Shown here one piece after another: positions 8,629 to 20,154 of a stretch of 46,881 nucleotides of DNA (the first letter of the stretch is position 1; each line of letters starts with the position of its first letter). Source of the stretch: Chiloscyllium plagiosum (Eukaryota); assembly GCF_004010195.1 (NCBI RefSeq), contig NC_057758.1, positions 5,278,972 through 5,325,852 of the forward strand. Direction: 5' to 3'. A program made the position numbers and the translations under genes. A model generated the notes under the pieces. The model saw only the letters and a program-made list of their open reading frames with translations, was not told where the DNA came from and did no database searches.

Positions 8629-11600
8629 GGGTGTTAGGGGTTCCTGCCCCCAGGGTCCCACCAGGAACCCATGATAAATTTAAAGGTGGCACCTTACAAA
8701 GAGGACATCGTTTTCCTAGTCGATACGGAGTCAGCAAGGTCATCCTTAAATTATAAACCCAAGGGAGTGGAAATCTCGAAACGAATGTTAACTGTTTCTG
8801 GAGTAAAAGAGGAGGGATTTACAGTTCCAGCATTTGAACCTATGATAATCGGAAGTGGGGAAGAGATTGTCGAAAGTGAACTGTTATATATTCCTGATAT
8901 CGGAAGTAATTTATTGTGGAGGGATTTAATCATACTCCTGTAATCTGGAGATTGGAGTATGGGACCAAAGATGAATGATACAAATTGCCGTCCTGACTGA
9001 GGAAGAGGAGAAGGAAATAGAACCCAGTGTGTGGGCACGGGAAGGGAATCGCAGAGGATTACAATTACCTCCTTTGGAGATCAGTTTAAATAAAGGGAGA
9101 GACGTGGTTTGCAAAAGATAATATCCGATTTCAATAGAGGGACGCAGGGGATTGTGGCCAATAATTGAGGGATTGATTAAGGATGGATTACTATAGCCTT
9201 GCACGTCCCCTTACATTACCCCTATTCTGCCAGTAAAAAAAATCGGACAGTAATTATTGCCTGGTACAAGACCTAAGGGCATTGAGTCAAATAGTAGAAG
9301 CCCGCCACCCTGTGGTCCCTAATCCCTATACACTTCTGAGTAAGATTCCCCATGACGATAAATGGTTCAGGAAAGTGGATCTGAAGGATACCTTCTGGGC
9401 ATTTCCCCTGGTGGAGGGGAGGAGGAATATGTTTGCTTTCGGTTTGGAAGTTACAAAAATAGGGCGAAAACAGCATTACACATGGACGGTTCTCCCGCAG
9501 TGATTTACTGAATCACCGAATCTCTTTTGTCAGGTGTTGGAACACGTCTTGGGGAAGTTCAATAGCCCCAAAAGAATTACTCTGTTAGAATATGTAAATG
9601 ATCTTCTGGTAACAGGCGAGAAAAGGGACAACCCAATAGAAGCCATAAACAAATTAGTACACTTTCTAGGATAACAAGTATTGCGGGTCACCAAGAATAA
9701 ATTGCAGTACGTAGAGAAGGAAGTCAGATATCTGGGACACATTATCAGTGAAGGAAAACGAAAACTAAGCCCAGAAACAATTGAGGGAATTCTGGGAATG
9801 CCAGTGCCTGAAACCATATGGAATTACGAAAATTCCTGGGATAAGCAGGGTACTGCAGATTATGGATAGACTCATATGTACAGGAAAAAAAAAGTTATAT
9901 TTGAAACTATTGGAGGAAGAGCCTAAATTATTGAATTGGATAGATGAAGAGAGGGAATTAGTTGAAGAACTAAAGAGGAACCTAATCCATTCCCTTGTTC
10001 TTGCATTACCTTCCCGAAACAAGCCCTTCCATTTGTGTGTCACGGTAGGCGGGGAGTTGCTCTAGGGGTCTGAACCCAGCAATGGGGGTCGGGGTGGGAG
10101 GAAAGAAGCAGCTGGTTGCCTACTTGTCTAAATTATTAGATCGAGTCTTAAGGAGGTGGCCGGTGTGTGTGTGTGTGTAGGCAAATGGCAGTAACAGCCT
10201 TATTGGTATAGGACAGTCGGAAACTTACTTTTGGGACAGCCTTAATAGTCAGCACCCCACATCAGGTATGGGCCATATTAAATCAGAAAGCAGGACAATG
10301 GCTCACAGACTCTAGGGACTTTAAATATGAGACGATCTTAATAGAGCAGAATGACCTTGCGTTAGTCACAGAGAGTTGCTTCAATCCAGCTGCATTTCTG
10401 TGGCCGGGAGAGGGGGTGGCCCGTGGCAATCTAGAACACGACTGCCTTGATATTATTGAATAGCAGACTAAAGTGCGGATGGACGTAAGTGACGTACCAT
10501 TGCAGTTCGGTTGTTTACCGACGCGTCCTCGCGGGTGATTGAGGGTAAAAGACACAATGGATATGCGTAGTAGACGGGATAGAGGGAAGCGTTATCGAGG
10601 CTGAAAGACTGCCTATCGGCTGTTCAGCCCAAACTTGTGAACTTTATGCCCTAGAATGTAATCTCAGAGCCTTAGAAGACAAGGAAGGAAACGGTGTACG
10701 CAGACTCCAAATATGATCAATTCCTCATGCGCTAGTTCTTTTCCTCTGCTGTTTATTAGTCCTCCTTCTTGACAAAATTTTCCGAAGGTGCGTACGACTC
10801 CAAATATGCATTTGGAGTGGTACGCACCTTCGGAAAATTTTGTCAAGAAGGAGGACTAATAAGCAGCAGAGGAAAAGAACTAGCGCATGAGGAATTGATC
10901 AACCAAGTGCTGGAATCTCTGTTACACCCGAGAGAAATAGCGGTAGTTCATATAAACGGACATCAGAAGGGGAATGAACCAGAAGTAAGGAGAAAGAAAC
11001 TGGCCGATGAGGTTGCTAAATAAGCAGCCCTGAATCCACAGGGAGCAGTGATATACTCCCTAATACCTGCAATTCCAGATCTTCAGGGTGCCTCGTTGTT
11101 TCGTGCAAAGGAGAAAAGAAACTAAGTCATTTCGGAGATTCAAAGACAGCCGATGGGCACTGGATGTTTCCCGATGGGAGAGCAATGTTGAATGAAATGA
11201 TAATGCGAGAGACTATGGCGGTCGTACATCAGTTGAGTCACTAGGGAGTGCAATCAATGTGTGATTTAGTCTTATGGAAACATGGATGTAAAAGGTTATA
11301 TACATAAACCAAACAGATATGTGAGGGATGCATAACGTAAAAAAAGAAGACAAAAAGGTATTAAAGAAACAAGTCCCAGGAGGGACAGACGCTGGGCGAA
11401 AACCATTTCAGAGGATTCAGGTAGAAGAAACCGAATTACGCGGAGTGGGAAGACTGTGGTATATGCTGGTAATCGTTGATCACCTATCTGGAGTGGTGGA
11501 GGCGTACCCGTTAGTCACTGCCACCACCAGTGGGGTGTCCAAGATAATACTTGAACGCATAATCCCCAGATACGGGATAGTGGAATACATAGATTCAGTT

Positions 11601-12217
11601 CGGAGAACAAATTTTACTTCCAGAGTACTCCAGCGAGTGATGAACGGGTTAAGAATCTCCTGGGACTTCCACACCCCTTGGCACCCAACTTCATCAGGAA
11701 AGGTTGAGAGAACGAACCAGACATTCAAGAAGCAGTAATCTAAATTAGTAGGAGAAACCAGACTCCCTTGGACTAACTGTTTACCTATAACCCTTTCGCG
11801 AGTGTGAACGGCCCCAAGGAAAGATATGGGGCTGTCCCCTTATGAGATATTTTCTGGTCTGCGGATCTGGGAAGGAAAGGTGAACTGTCAATCCTGGAGA
11901 TCAAAGACATCTTCTTAAGGAAGTATATACTGAGCTTGTCCTCCTCTTTGTCTTTCCTCAGGGAAGAGAGTTTGTTAGCACAGACTCCAACCCTTGAGTT
12001 CACCGTCCATCCGATCCAACCGGGGGATTGGGTCCCAGTCAAATCATGGACTGAGACCAAATTGCAACGAGACTGTGAGGTTCCGTACCAAGCACTCTTA
12101 AACACTGAAACGGCGATAAGAACGGCAGAGAAAGGCTGGACTCACTACACTCGGATTAAAGGGACAGTGGAATCTCCAGTTGGGAGAGAAGTCTGGACAA
12201 CCGAATTGACAAAATAA
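8629..12217 (+). pseudogene. pol: ERV pro-pol (protease, RT, RNase H, integrase) with many stops and frameshifts
   Basis: HQEPMINLKV..FLVDTESARSSL (protease, DTG mutated to DTE); VDLKDTFW, WTVLPQ*FTESP and YVND (RT); DSKYAFGVV..IAVVHINGHQKG (RNase H); IVDHLSG..EAYP, IIPRYGI, HTPWHPTSSGKVERTNQT and GWTHYTRIK (integrase). Confidence 0.93.
10714..10901. repeat. 188-bp near-perfect palindrome (fold-back inverted duplication) within RNase H
   Basis: Arms of ~92 bp around an ATGC loop, with 2 mismatches seen. The same peptide FGVVRTFGKFCQEGGLI appears in ORFs on both strands. Confidence 0.95.
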
Positions 12218-12336
12218 CTGCTTAACCTTAAGCTAAAAATACTTTAAATAACTGATTATACAGTAGTGGCACGAGCGCGGGATAGTTTCTGTCGTGTTGT
12301 ATGCTGAGTCTCTCGGTGCTTCAATACCACTGGAGA

Positions 12337-12615
12337 ATGGGAAGAATGTTTAGGTACACTATATTAGCTTTTCTAATAATAGGATTCTGTCAGGCTATGG
12401 TGTGGTCATCTTTCTTCGTGTAACGTTTCCAGAAAGTACAAATGCACAAGTCATAGAAACAGATGCCTGCAGCCTGGTGAATTGTGGAGATGTATGAAAT
12501 CATAGGCAAAACAGTAACTCAAAGATACATCTTAGGTTCTATGAAAAAGATCCTGAAGGGGGGCATGGGATAAGACTAACGGGACGAAAAAGTCCCGGAG
12601 TGTGAAGCGTAAAGG
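12337..12615 (+). pseudogene. env: ERV env N-terminus (signal peptide and start of SU), truncated
   Basis: MGRMFRYTILAFLIIGFCQ, then after a frameshift VIFLRVTFPESTNAQVIETDACSLVNCGDV*NHRQ, resembling the recalled DAC-x3-CGD motif of HERV-I-like SU. Confidence 0.65.
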
Positions 12616-12621
12616 ATATTT

Positions 12622-12789
12622 TTTGGTTCTGTTCGCCGAGCTGGAAAATGTTGTTGCAAACGTTTCGTCCCCTGGCTAGGCGACATCATCAGTCCTTGGG
12701 AGCCTCCTGCGAAGCGCTTCTTTGATGTTTCCCCCGGTGTTTATAGTGGCCTGTCCCTGCCACTACAGCGGACAGCTGAAACTGACAAC
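12622..12789 (-). mobile_element. Penelope (Poseidon-type) 3' end/pLTR interrupting env and running into a gap
   Basis: Reverse complement matches 32790-32960 (gaagcgcttcgcaggaggctcccaag.actgatgatgtcgcctagccaggggacgaaacgtttgcaac). Confidence 0.85.
12656..12695 (-). ncRNA. Minimal hammerhead ribozyme (Poseidon pLTR)
   Basis: CUGAUGA-U-GUCGCCU-agcc-AGGGGAC-GAAA-C-GUU-UGC; one mismatch in stem I. Confidence 0.65.
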
Positions 12790-13289
12790 NNNNNNNNNNN
12801 NNNNNNNNNNNNNNNNNNNNNNNNNNNNNNNNNNNNNNNNNNNNNNNNNNNNNNNNNNNNNNNNNNNNNNNNNNNNNNNNNNNNNNNNNNNNNNNNNNNN
12901 NNNNNNNNNNNNNNNNNNNNNNNNNNNNNNNNNNNNNNNNNNNNNNNNNNNNNNNNNNNNNNNNNNNNNNNNNNNNNNNNNNNNNNNNNNNNNNNNNNNN
13001 NNNNNNNNNNNNNNNNNNNNNNNNNNNNNNNNNNNNNNNNNNNNNNNNNNNNNNNNNNNNNNNNNNNNNNNNNNNNNNNNNNNNNNNNNNNNNNNNNNNN
13101 NNNNNNNNNNNNNNNNNNNNNNNNNNNNNNNNNNNNNNNNNNNNNNNNNNNNNNNNNNNNNNNNNNNNNNNNNNNNNNNNNNNNNNNNNNNNNNNNNNNN
13201 NNNNNNNNNNNNNNNNNNNNNNNNNNNNNNNNNNNNNNNNNNNNNNNNNNNNNNNNNNNNNNNNNNNNNNNNNNNNNNNNNNNNNNNNN
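12790..13289. other. Assembly gap (other gaps at 26068-26237, 29461-29537, 38565-38653 and 39917-40416)
   Basis: Runs of N. Confidence 1.
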
Positions 13290-13329
13290 TCCGGTCAATA
13301 GTGGGCGTTATGTCTGCAACATTTTCCAG

Positions 13330-13850
13330 CAAGTATAACTCTGTCAATGTCTATATCCTCCTCCTCCCCTAAACGTTTCCCTGTTGTGTAACCTCCTCCA
13401 ATGTCTAACGAGCTGTTTAACATCCTCAAGTCCCTACAACTTTGCCGATGGTGTAACCTCCTCCTGCTGCCTCACAGCCCAGTATCTCTGCAAACTCCAC
13501 AAACGAAATCACTCCCTATCTGTGGGAACATCTCGCCCTCCCTATCTCTGTAATCTCTACCAGATGTTAAAATCCTTCAAGTAACTTTAAACGCCATTAT
13601 CTTCTTCAAATCCAGAACTTTCTAAAACATCCACCATCTTCTTAAATCCTCCCTATGTCTGTAAAACCCTTTAAGAAAAGTCACATCATTTTCTGTAGAA
13701 ACTCCTGTTATTAATTTCCTGCAGCATCAATGTCAGCTTTTCTTTCTGCTTTCTGCAATCTCTCATTTTCAACGTTCTCCACCAATAATATTCCTTGTTA
13801 TCTCTAATCTGTTCCAAAAACTCAATCCACCCGTACTTCTGTGAACCTTT
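13330..13850 (+). repeat. Degenerate pyrimidine-rich repeat, probably L2-derived
   Basis: Recurrent cctccctatctctgtaacctcctcc motif, which translates as PPYLCNLL. Confidence 0.5.
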
Positions 13851-15490
13851 CCATGAGGAAAATATGTGTATGAAACTGGTGCTATGAAGTTTCGAAGAAT
13901 GTTATAAATTGAGGACAATTTGTCGAAACTAGAACATTTACAGAGGTTGGAAGAGCTATCGAATGTAAAAGATGTTACAGAGAGTGGCAATTTGTAGCCA
14001 CAGAGGTACGTGTGGCTGATTGGCTGTGGGGTTCAAGAAAATATTGAATTGACCTGCAAATGCATAGAATGGGATATACCTACTCTGACTGTGGGCCTCG
14101 GGACTCGAATAAGTACCAGTAGTTGACTCTGAACAGGCTTGGCAGATTGTATTTGATCTTCCTGATGGGATTTTGGAGCTCGGTTCCAGGATGGAAGATA
14201 GCAGCTGTCCAGTTCAGGCAACACAGGGAACCTGGTACCTTCCTGATCTCATTGTGAGTCGGTTTTCCGGAATGGTTGTGAGATCTATAAATACCTAATG
14301 CGCTGGGGTTTGTCCAGTTCTGAGTGTATTTCCCTATACTTTGTGTCTCGATGTGATTCTGAAATGAAACAATTACAATGGAAGTTACGCTCCACAATAA
14401 CAAGTTCTCGGTATCAATTCATGACAGCGGTCTGCTCACGAGAACCTCACATCAGAATAACTTCTCACTTCCCGAAATGTTACAACTGAAAGCGACGTTT
14501 CAACTCGTGTGAATTGCTTCTGCATCATTGACCATAATCTGTGAAGATAGAAAGTTCACTTCCCCTGTTACTGTGTGGGCTCCATCCTCAGGACTGATGT
14601 GCTTGAGTTCCCTGTCCCTGTCCCTGATGCATTTATTTCTGGTGCACAGAGACTCAGGGCTGCATCATGTGAGAGGTTCTCCATGTATCATTTTTGTCAG
14701 CGTTCGTAAACGGCTTCTGTTCAAAATGGTTTTGTAGCCAAAATATTGATCTGGCTGGTCCAGATCAGTTTTCACTTGAACCAAAACTAAAAAAGTACTT
14801 GTCTTTTGAATCTCCTTCAGCACCTAAAAAAAATCCGTATCCCAATAATGTCCCCCATGCTTCACTATTTCTGCAATCTCCTCTGTACCCTACAGCCATC
14901 CTGCTATCTATCACTTGCTGCCAACCCTGAATTCCTTCTAAACTTTTCAACAAGGCCAATGAAATGAGAGTTTGAAATAGTATGAACGAAGTCAGACGTA
15001 GCTGTCATATGAAGATGTGGCTGCAGAGTGGCCAAGGCAGAGAACTGGATATTCAAGGGTTTACAACGTTTATACAGCAAGGATTGACAGGCCAACACAG
15101 TGAAGTAGTATTGTGTGAAAAGGATGGAATCAGAACTATTGTGATATTAATCACTTTTCACACTGATCTTCCCTGCCCTCTTGCCTTGTCCCTGTACATT
15201 GATCAGATATTGGTAATCTTTGAAGGCTTCGGGAAATCGCACCACATACAGGAGATCATTTTGAAGACTTCTGCATTTGACAAAAAAATTTTTACGCCCT
15301 TGTTCTTACTCCCTGAAGACTACCGCACATCAGGTGTCGATCTAGGCACCGTTAAAATTGGTTTGAGAGTTTCTGCCTCTCCTATGCTCCCGTGTATGAC
15401 TTCAAAATCCCTAGCATAACATAGCTGAAATAACAACTTTCCTCACTGCTTCTCTAATGTTTCAAACAATTACATTTAATATTCAAAGCT

Positions 15491-15768
15491 GGTCTGGTGT
15501 CATGGAGGAACGTAATGTCCCTCTGCTGCACCATGCCATCCACCAGAACCTTAGATGCTTGTCCACAAAGGGGGCTCCCACCTCTGCCATGTTCAGGGCG
15601 GTTTCACATTGACAATTTTAGAGATGGCACCTGTAACAGGGAGGCCGGTTCATTCTGAGATATCAAGGCAGTGGGCTGTTGTTTTCACCAAGGGAAAATC
15701 ATCGGGATAATGCCAGATCAGAGGAAAACCACGCGGGCAGGGAAGGTAGCTGATGAGGGAGATTGGGG
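15491..15768 (-). mobile_element. Harbinger/PIF-like element fragment (inverted partner of 16718-17035)
   Basis: Reverse-complement similarity over ~280 bp, e.g. ccacgcggg, aaaatcatcggg.taatgccagat and ccatgccatccaccagaa. Confidence 0.6.
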
Positions 15769-15929
15769 ATGGTGTAATGAGAAAACACACTTCTTATTCA
15801 CAGGAAGAATATGGTATCTCCCTTTCAACTGATGCCCCTGAAAATATGTGCACTCTCATCCTTTCTGCATCCTGCATTCTAATCTTTCCTCATGACTGCA
15901 CTTTCACTTTCGCAGGGTAACTAATATCC

Positions 15930-16600
15930 TCTATACTCTCTCCAGTCAAAATCCCTCCTTGCATGTGATGAGGTGACCAGGACCGCACACAGCTGTAACT
16001 GAACTCATTATTTATGCAGTTCTGACAAAACATTCCTGCTCTTAAATTCTCCACTTTGGCTGACCGAGGGACTAATGAAATTTCTGCTTAAGCAGGTGAT
16101 TGATGTGTCCAGCTACCTTTTTGCATCTCCCTAAACTGACCATAATCTCATTTAATGTGCATTCCTCTCGGTTGTGGATGTCCCCAAAACGTCTTGCGTT
16201 TCATGTCTCTGGCTGGTTTGCTACTTTCACCTGGACCCCATTGTTTCTGTTTCTAAACAGTCTGCAATGTGAACTCTTGTCAAATCCAAGAAAGTCACAT
16301 CAAGTTAGGAGAAACTGTCTCAAACCAGCAGTCAGATTAATTGCACACGATCTTCCTTGAATAAATCCAAACCGACTGTCGTGGAGTCGCTCAGACTTCC
16401 TCAGCGACCGTTTTACCTGTGTCTCAGAATTACAACCTCAACTCTTCAGTCTGTCCCTTGATTCATATTAAACAAAACTACAATGTTTGCCCTTCTCCAG
16501 TCGTCAAGCACCATCGTCGTATCCAGTGAGGATTGGACGGTCACTATAAGGTGGTGTTTATTTTTGACCTCTTGAAACAGTCTGGAACATTCTGTTGTTC
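15930..16600 (-). mobile_element. Old CR1 RT remnants
   Basis: Decayed CR1-like blocks (gaggtgaccaggaccgcacacag; gtcagattaattgcacacgatcttcc; tttgcccttctccagtc). Confidence 0.5.
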
Positions 16601-16717
16601 ATTTTAGGGATTTTAATGTCGTTTGTAATTTTGCTTCCTACAGAAGTATATTTCTCTTGATATGCCGCACTACACCGTGTGGACCGCCTTCCTATTTTGG
16701 TTTAGACAGACAGGGGC

Positions 16718-17142
16718 CCAACATCATTAACTACATTCCCTACCCGCGTGGTTTTCCTCTCATCTGGCATTAGCCCGATGATTTTCGCTTTGCCGTAACA
16801 ACTGCCCACTGCCTGGATATTCCAGAATGAACCGCCCTCCTTGTTACAGTTACCATCTGCAAAAAGCCATTACACTCTTCGATTGTCAATCTGAAACTGC
16901 CCTGAACATGGCAGAGCTGGTAAAACTGGTTCCCCTCTTTGTGGTCAAGCCCCCAAACTTCTGGTGGATGGCATGGTGCAGGAAAGGGACATTATTTTCC
17001 TCAACGACTATGAAGTGATGCCATGACGCCAGACCATGCCAGCTTGGTCCAAGGTTGACCCTGAGTCAGTGAGGTGTCATCCTCCTGGGTGAATGCCCAG
17101 CAGAGTAAGAAGGAGGTCAGTGACCTTCTCCACTCCACCAGG
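16718..17142 (+). mobile_element. Harbinger/PIF-like fragment with a decayed Myb/SANT (trihelix) exon at 16908-17142
   Basis: Frameshifted translation MAE..LVPLF...LLVDGMVQERDIIF...RQTMPAWSKV...VSEVSSSWVNAQQSKKEVSDLLHSTR|gt matches the AW..VA..VS...QC.KK.NDL pattern of Harbinger Myb proteins. Confidence 0.6.
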
Positions 17143-18257
17143 GTATATGCCACCTTCTGTACTTTGTAACGTCGCGGTCACTCTATCTCTGTTACTGTGA
17201 CCATCTCCAACAAAGGTTCACATTCTTCCACTCTCACAGAACGCAGCACCTCCTCTCGTTCTCTCTGTTAGATCTTCACGTTCTCTCTCTCACCTCTTCA
17301 CTGTCCATCTTCCCAAATCCGCATGGTGTCTGCGTTACCTACTCAGTCACTCAGGACAACTCATCACCTTTCCCACAGCTTTACCAGCACGAATAGGTGA
17401 ACCAACCTCTGCCATCTCCCTTAATACCTCTTGGTAATTCTCACATTCCAGATGGAATAATCCCACAATAAGTCAGAAAGAGTCATGATGAATTGGATTC
17501 TCCCCAACAATGAGGTCCTCACCCTAAACAGGGAAAGGATACTGACCCTAACAACCACGAGAGGCTGAATGACAGTTTCCAAGCTCCTGGACTGGTATCA
17601 GAAACTCCCCTTTACCTATTGTGCTGAGCACCTTGACTTACGGTGGACAATGGTATCAGGTTTTCTGGTTTTCTATCTGTCTAACCAACAAGACAATACA
17701 GCAGGTGCGTGAGCCTGGTCCCTCTGAGGGGAAATACAGGTAAAGGCAAGGTAAGACAAGGCAATAATTCAGTGAGCATTCATGTAAACTCAAAGTCAGT
17801 GTGTACACTCATTGAGTGAGCAGCCCAGATGTGCAATCCATGAGCTGGGTGTGTAGCGGACTTGCGCAGCATTACAACGAGAGTTGTCAGTGCACCCTGA
17901 TCTGCAGTACAGAATTATACTGTCACTGACTCGGAAATGTCGTGTAATGGCATGGTGAGGCTGGCATGTGACAGATGCCAGCATTGGTCCGTGTGGAGTA
18001 CATGCCAGCTTCTGAATGTGCAATGTAGCCATAGACGTTGTCGTCCAAGGTAGATGTCCACTGATGCGAAGAGCGAGGTGGAGTCATTAGTTACCAGCTC
18101 TGAATTTCATGTCGAATTCCCTATATTAAGTTTCCCCACAGTGGGAGGGAGGCTATGAAGCTGTGATTGATGAGGAAAGATCGAGGTAAATGTGTCTTTT
18201 GATCTTCAGTGTTCATGCAGTCAGCATCTCGCCACTCTCTTTCTGAAATCTTGTCTT

Positions 18258-19345
18258 ATAGAACAACACAGAACAGGGACATGCCCTTCGGCCGTCCGAG
18301 CCTGCACTGACACATGATGCCTTACCAAAAGTTAAAAAAATTCTCTCGCACTCTATTCTCTGTTTACTCATCTCTGTGGGAAGATACCTCTTCACCATCG
18401 CTATTGTTTCTTCTACAACATCCTCTATCAGTGCATTCGAGGCACTTCCACATTCTGTCTGGAACAGAAGGAAAACAACTTGCCTATTATAACTCCTTCA
18501 AACATTCTCCTTTTTTCTAAGATGATGGTCGTAGTAATTGATATTTCGATCCTGGGAAAAAGGCTCTGAATATCTATTCTGTCCTTTTCTGTCATACGTT
18601 TGGAATTCTCCTGAGGTAGCCCCGCAACCGGTAACGTACAATTGAAAACAAGCCACGTTTGTCCAATTTTTCCTTCGTGCTAATATCCTTCATACCAGGC
18701 AACATCCTCGTGAAGGTTTTTCAAACCCTCTCCATCACCTCTACATCCTTGTGCTGATGTGGTAACCGGGCTTGCACGCAGATTTCCAAACGTGACCAAA
18801 ACAAAGTTGTATCCAGCTCCAACATGACTTTCTAATTTTTATACGTTTTGCTCTGATTGAGATACGCAAGCATATGATAGGTTTTCTTGACCGCAGCGTT
18901 CACCTGTGTTGCTACTTTCAAGGACCTGTGGTTTGTTGGCTCGATACCTTAGATGTTGCAACTATTTCGAGTTCTTCCATTTACTACATACTTCTCTCGT
19001 ACTGAAGACCTTCTAAAATGCATCAACTCGCATTTTCCCTGATTAAATTGCATCTGCATTTTTCCATCCAAAACTCCATCCTATCTATAGCCTGCTCTAT
19101 GCTGTGCCAATCATCCTCACAATCCGCAGCTCATCCAATCTATTCACAGATCTCCAGTTACAAAATACACCCTTTCCCCACCACTCCGTCTTCTATGACA
19201 AACGAGTTCTGTATCCATCTTATTGACTTCCCGCTAATCCCACTTGACTTCACCTTCTGTATGAAACTGCCAGAATGAACCATATCAAAGGCCTTGCCAA
19301 GGTCCATATGGCCAGCATCCAGCCCCATCTGCACACACAATGTTC
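18258..19345 (-). mobile_element. CR1 LINE (RT and 3' end), decayed
   Basis: MDLGKAFDMVH..IQKVKSSGISG..IRWIQN on the minus strand; CR1 tail gcccttcggcc at ~18283. Confidence 0.85.
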
Positions 19346-19404
19346 GTCCTAATTTCTTTTTTGGATCCCACCCCTTTACATTCCAAACTCCCCTGAGCTT
19401 TCTG

Positions 19405-19835
19405 TTGTATTCAGGAGAGGCTGAATAGGCTGGGGCCGTTTTCCCCGGAGCATCGGAGGTTGAGGGGCGAACTTATAGAGGTTCAAAAATATTGAGAGGC
19501 TTGGATAAGATAAACAGGAAATGTATTTTCCCTGGGCTGGGAGAGTCCAGAATTGGAGGACAGTGTTTAGAGTGGGAGGGAAATGATATAAAAGGGACCG
19601 AAGTTGCAACTTTTGCATGCAGCAGGTGCTGCATGGATGGAATGAGCTACCAGAAGAAATGTTGCAGGCTAGAAAATTATAACATTTAAAAGGCATCTGA
19701 CTGGGTATATGAAAAAGAAGGGTTAAGAGGAACATGCTTCCAGTGTTGATAAATGTGATGAGATTATGTTAAGAATTTCTGCGGCATTTACATGATGGAC
19801 TAAAAGGTCTGCTTCAGTGCAGTTTTTCTCTCTGC
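19405..19835 (+). mobile_element. CR1 LINE 3' end
   Basis: RLNRLG.F.PEHRRLRGELIEV, MRGLDKINRKCIFP and a 3' tail. Confidence 0.85.
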
Positions 19836-20154
19836 TCTACGGCACTATTGTCCTCGCACTGTCTGATCTAACCCTTCCTGTTCTGTCTGTATGTTCCTAG
19901 ACTTCCAAGGAGCTCAGGATTTCGCAGCCTGACGCTTTTCACTGTGTGAAAACACATTTTCATTGAACGAATTTAATCTCCCCTCAGAATGCCTTCTGCT
20001 GAACTGATTCTGATTTATTTTCTCTTTCTTGTTTCCTGTTCACTTGAATGAAATCTATTTTCAGCCTACTCAGTTTCGAATGATTCATACTAAAACTTCA
20101 TAATCTGGATTAATGCTTTATAGTAGTTACATATAGTCATGAATTATGCTCACT

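Larger units (their letters stand above)
6215..12615 (+). mobile_element. Endogenous retrovirus (gamma-like, HERV-I-related), decayed and 3'-truncated
   Basis: Colinear LTR-like region, gag, in-frame TAG, pro-RT-RNaseH-IN and the start of env. No 3' LTR is visible. Confidence 0.9.

Noticed and set aside
12722..13372. Long ORFs spanning N runs (also 25865-26279 and 39891-40463)
   Set aside because: Artefacts of translating assembly gaps.
14239..14358. 120-nt minus-strand exon-like block, open in phase 0
   Set aside because: No recognisable protein and a weak donor (GTACCA); cannot be supported without transcript data.
13290..15450. ERV env remainder or 3' LTR after the gap
   Set aside because: No similarity to 6215-7150 and no TM motifs seen; the region looks like LINE debris.
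17590..17670. Plus-strand WYQKLP and RFSG Ig-V-like words
   Set aside because: Different frames, spacing too short, and no flanking cysteine motifs.
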